Assembly: GCA_030390025.1 (NCBI GenBank)
Contig: CM059433.1
Location: forward strand, 17,672,001 to 17,736,000
Direction of reading: 5' to 3'
DNA: 64,000 nt
Origin: Squalus acanthias
Lineage: Eukaryota
In this document: in pieces, positions 61,524 through 64,000 of the stretch
How positions within the stretch are numbered: the stretch's first letter is position 1
Layout of the letters: the number at the start of each line of letters is the position of its first letter
The notes under the pieces: model-generated
Told to the model about the DNA's origin: nothing
The model's database searches: none
Seen by the model: only the letters and a program-made list of their open reading frames with translations
Position numbers and translations under genes: made by a program

Positions 61524-61927
61524 ATTCATTCATGGGATGTGGGTGTCCCTAGCAATGCCAGCATTTATTGCCAGTCCTGATTTTCCCTTGAGAAGGTGGT
61601 GGTGAGCCATCTTGCTGGACCATTTCAGAGGGCAGTTAAGAGTCAACTTCATTGGCTGTAAAGCGCTTTGGAGTCACATGTAGGCTAGACTGGGTAAGGA
61701 TGGCAGGTTTCCTTCCCTAAAGGGCATTAGTGAACTGGATGGGTTTTTATGACAATCCGTTAGTTTCATGGTCACCAATACTGATACTAGCCTTTTATTC
61801 CAGATTTATTTAATTAATTTTTTTAATTCCCAGCTGCCATGGTGGTATTTGAACTCATATCTCTAGATCATTATGTCCAGGCTCTGGATTACTCGTACCA
61901 GTAACGTAGCCACTATGCTACCATACC
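61524..61927 (-). mobile_element. tRNA-derived SINE sharing its 3' tail with the 11405-13375 LINE
   Basis: RC head GGTATGGTAGCATAGTGG...GAGTTCAAATACC. 61524-61615 matches 11415-11505. Confidence 0.8.
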
Positions 61928-62256
61928 ACACATTCTAGGATTACTTCATAGGGCTCACAGTCAGCAGCTGGATGCTAGCAGCCTTCTCTCCAACAGGAAC
62001 TGCACTTCAAAAGTGCATTGGGGTGTCCTGAGGATTTGATAAGCTGCTATATAAATGAAAATTCTTTCTTTAATGTGGTAAGGAACACTTGGTGCTCGTT
62101 CTGCCTTTCATGCAGTGCTTTATAGCCACCACCATCTTACTGGTCCATCTGTGGATATCATTAAATCATTCCTTGAAGCTATGTGCATGCCTGCTGACCG
62201 GAGAGTTCAAATCCTTGGTCTCCCTATGGAAGATAGGGAGGTGTTGTTGTCTTATA

Positions 62257-62732
62257 GTCAACCGTAGCTCAGTGGGTAGCACTCTCACTCTCTGCTGTCA
62301 GAAGGTTGTGGGTTCAAATCCCACTCGAGAGACTTGAGCACATAAAGCTAGGCTGACACTCCAGTGCAGTACTGAGGAAGTGCTACACTGTTGGCGGTGC
62401 CGTCTTTTAGATGAGACGTTAGACCGAGGCCCCGTCTGCTCTCTCAGGTGGATGTAAAACATCTCATGGCACTATTTCGAAGAAGAGCAGGAGAGTTATC
62501 CACGGTGTCCTGGCCAGTATTTATCCCTTAATCAACATCACTAAAACTGATTATCTGGTCATCATTATCACATTACTGTTTGTGGGAGCTTGCTGTGCAC
62601 AAATTGGCTGCTGCATTTCCTACATTATATCGGTGACTACACTTCAAAAGAACTTAATTGGCTGTAAAGCGCTTTGGGATGTACTGAGGTCGTGAAAGGC
62701 GCTATATAAATGCAAGTCTTGCTTCTTTCTTC
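62257..62732 (+). mobile_element. DeuSINE (SacSINE1-like), full length
   Basis: Colinear with 31507-31978, B box GGTTCAAATCCC. Confidence 0.9.
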
Positions 62733-63636
62733 TACTTTCTTGGAGAGTTACATTGTTTCTTTTGTTTGAGGATTTTAGTAATGAGTCGATCTATTTCATT
62801 ATACTTAAAAATAGTGAATGGCCTGCCAGCTTTTTGTGGCAACACCATAGAGACAATGAAAAACCATGAATGCTGGAAATCTGAAATAAAAACCAGAAAA
62901 ATGCTGGAAATAGCCGCTGATCAAACAGCACCTGAGCGACTAAGCTAGCTAAACATTTCAGGTGTGACTCTGTATCAGAAATTCCAGTAATTGCTGATAC
63001 CTTAGAGGACGATCCAAGGTCGGAGCTTGGGAAGAGGGAAGTCCAGCCCATTTCTCGAATGTATTTCTTTTCATTTTTAAGATATTGATTGGCATGAAGA
63101 ACTCTCAGCAATTAATTGCGTTTTGCACTACTAGGACTTGGGTTCTTGTAATTGGTCCAATGTTGTGAAATCTCTCAAGTATTGCAAAGTACGTTAAATT
63201 GGAAGTTTTGCAAGTACAGTATGACTGTGATAGTTGTAAATTAGGTGGGAGAGCAAGAGATACTGCAGCTCAAGATAGCACTTCTAGATTAAAGACTTTT
63301 GGAAGCAAGTTTTAACAAGATACCAATTGTCTTGAGTGTGCAAAATTGTAAATATGCCATGTTACAAAACTGCAGTTAAAATAATTGCCCCTGAGGCATT
63401 ACCATGCTGTTGGTTTATATCAAAGCAGGCTGGCGGAAATCCCATTGGTTTTTAGCTGTTGCCATGGAAAATATTTTTTCAGACAAGTTATTTCTGGAAC
63501 CGTTCAAAATAAAATGTCAACCAATTTCAGATACATTTAAAGTTTTGAAATACTTCACAAATAAAGAGAAAGTCAGAAGAATTGCAAAAATTACACTGTC
63601 ATGATCCTAATTTCAGAATTTTGTTTTTTCCTAGCT

Positions 63637-63664
<28 letters not shown>
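63637..63664. repeat. (CA)14 microsatellite
   Basis: Direct reading. A shorter (CA)n lies at ~20055-20071. Confidence 0.9.
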
Positions 63665-63667
<3 letters not shown>

Positions 63668-64000
63668 GTCTGCAGGAATATTGATGCAGTAGTTTGATTA
63701 TTAGTGAGTTTCTGGGCACTTGCTGAAGGTCCTGTAAATCATTGGCATCTTGGATTCCATGCCCATTTGTCCATTGTTTGCAGTGGAAAATCAGTGCTGC
63801 TCCATCTCCACCCCCTCGGCACTGCTCCTGGATTCCACCTGCCACTCCTCTAGGGGATTGGATATTGTTACGTGCTGTGGGCATCGGGTTGCCAACTCTA
63901 GTTGGACGTAGTCCTGGAGGTTTCGTCATGTGACCTCCTGCCTCCAACACTTCCGCCATCGATCACCTAAAACTTTCATCCTCATGTTTGACCGCTCTCC

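Overview
Repeat-rich vertebrate intronic or intergenic DNA, most likely from a cartilaginous fish (shark-like). That assignment is inferred from the repeat families recognised by eye: HE1/V-SINE, SacSINE1-like DeuSINEs, CR1 and L2 LINEs. No host protein-coding exon, RNA gene or CRISPR array could be supported, and every recognisable ORF is transposon-derived. The window holds four things. (1) A PIF/Harbinger system: one near-complete two-gene element at 27534-31253 (spliced Myb/SANT gene convergent with a HARBI1-type DDE transposase, 13-bp TIRs, ACA TSD), three deletion derivatives and about a dozen MITEs. (2) Two families of Penelope-like elements, mostly as inverted hairpin insertions with 12-14 bp TSDs. 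They carry minimal hammerhead-ribozyme motifs with a loop-less palindromic stem III, and one is a ~97-bp insertion that is little more than the ribozyme. (3) CR1, L2 and a third Jockey-group LINE with their partner SINEs. (4) Local rearrangements: a 180-bp templated copy at a SINE 5' junction, an inverted duplication and nested insertions. All family names come from recognition rather than database searches. Coordinates without a stated TSD or TIR are approximate.
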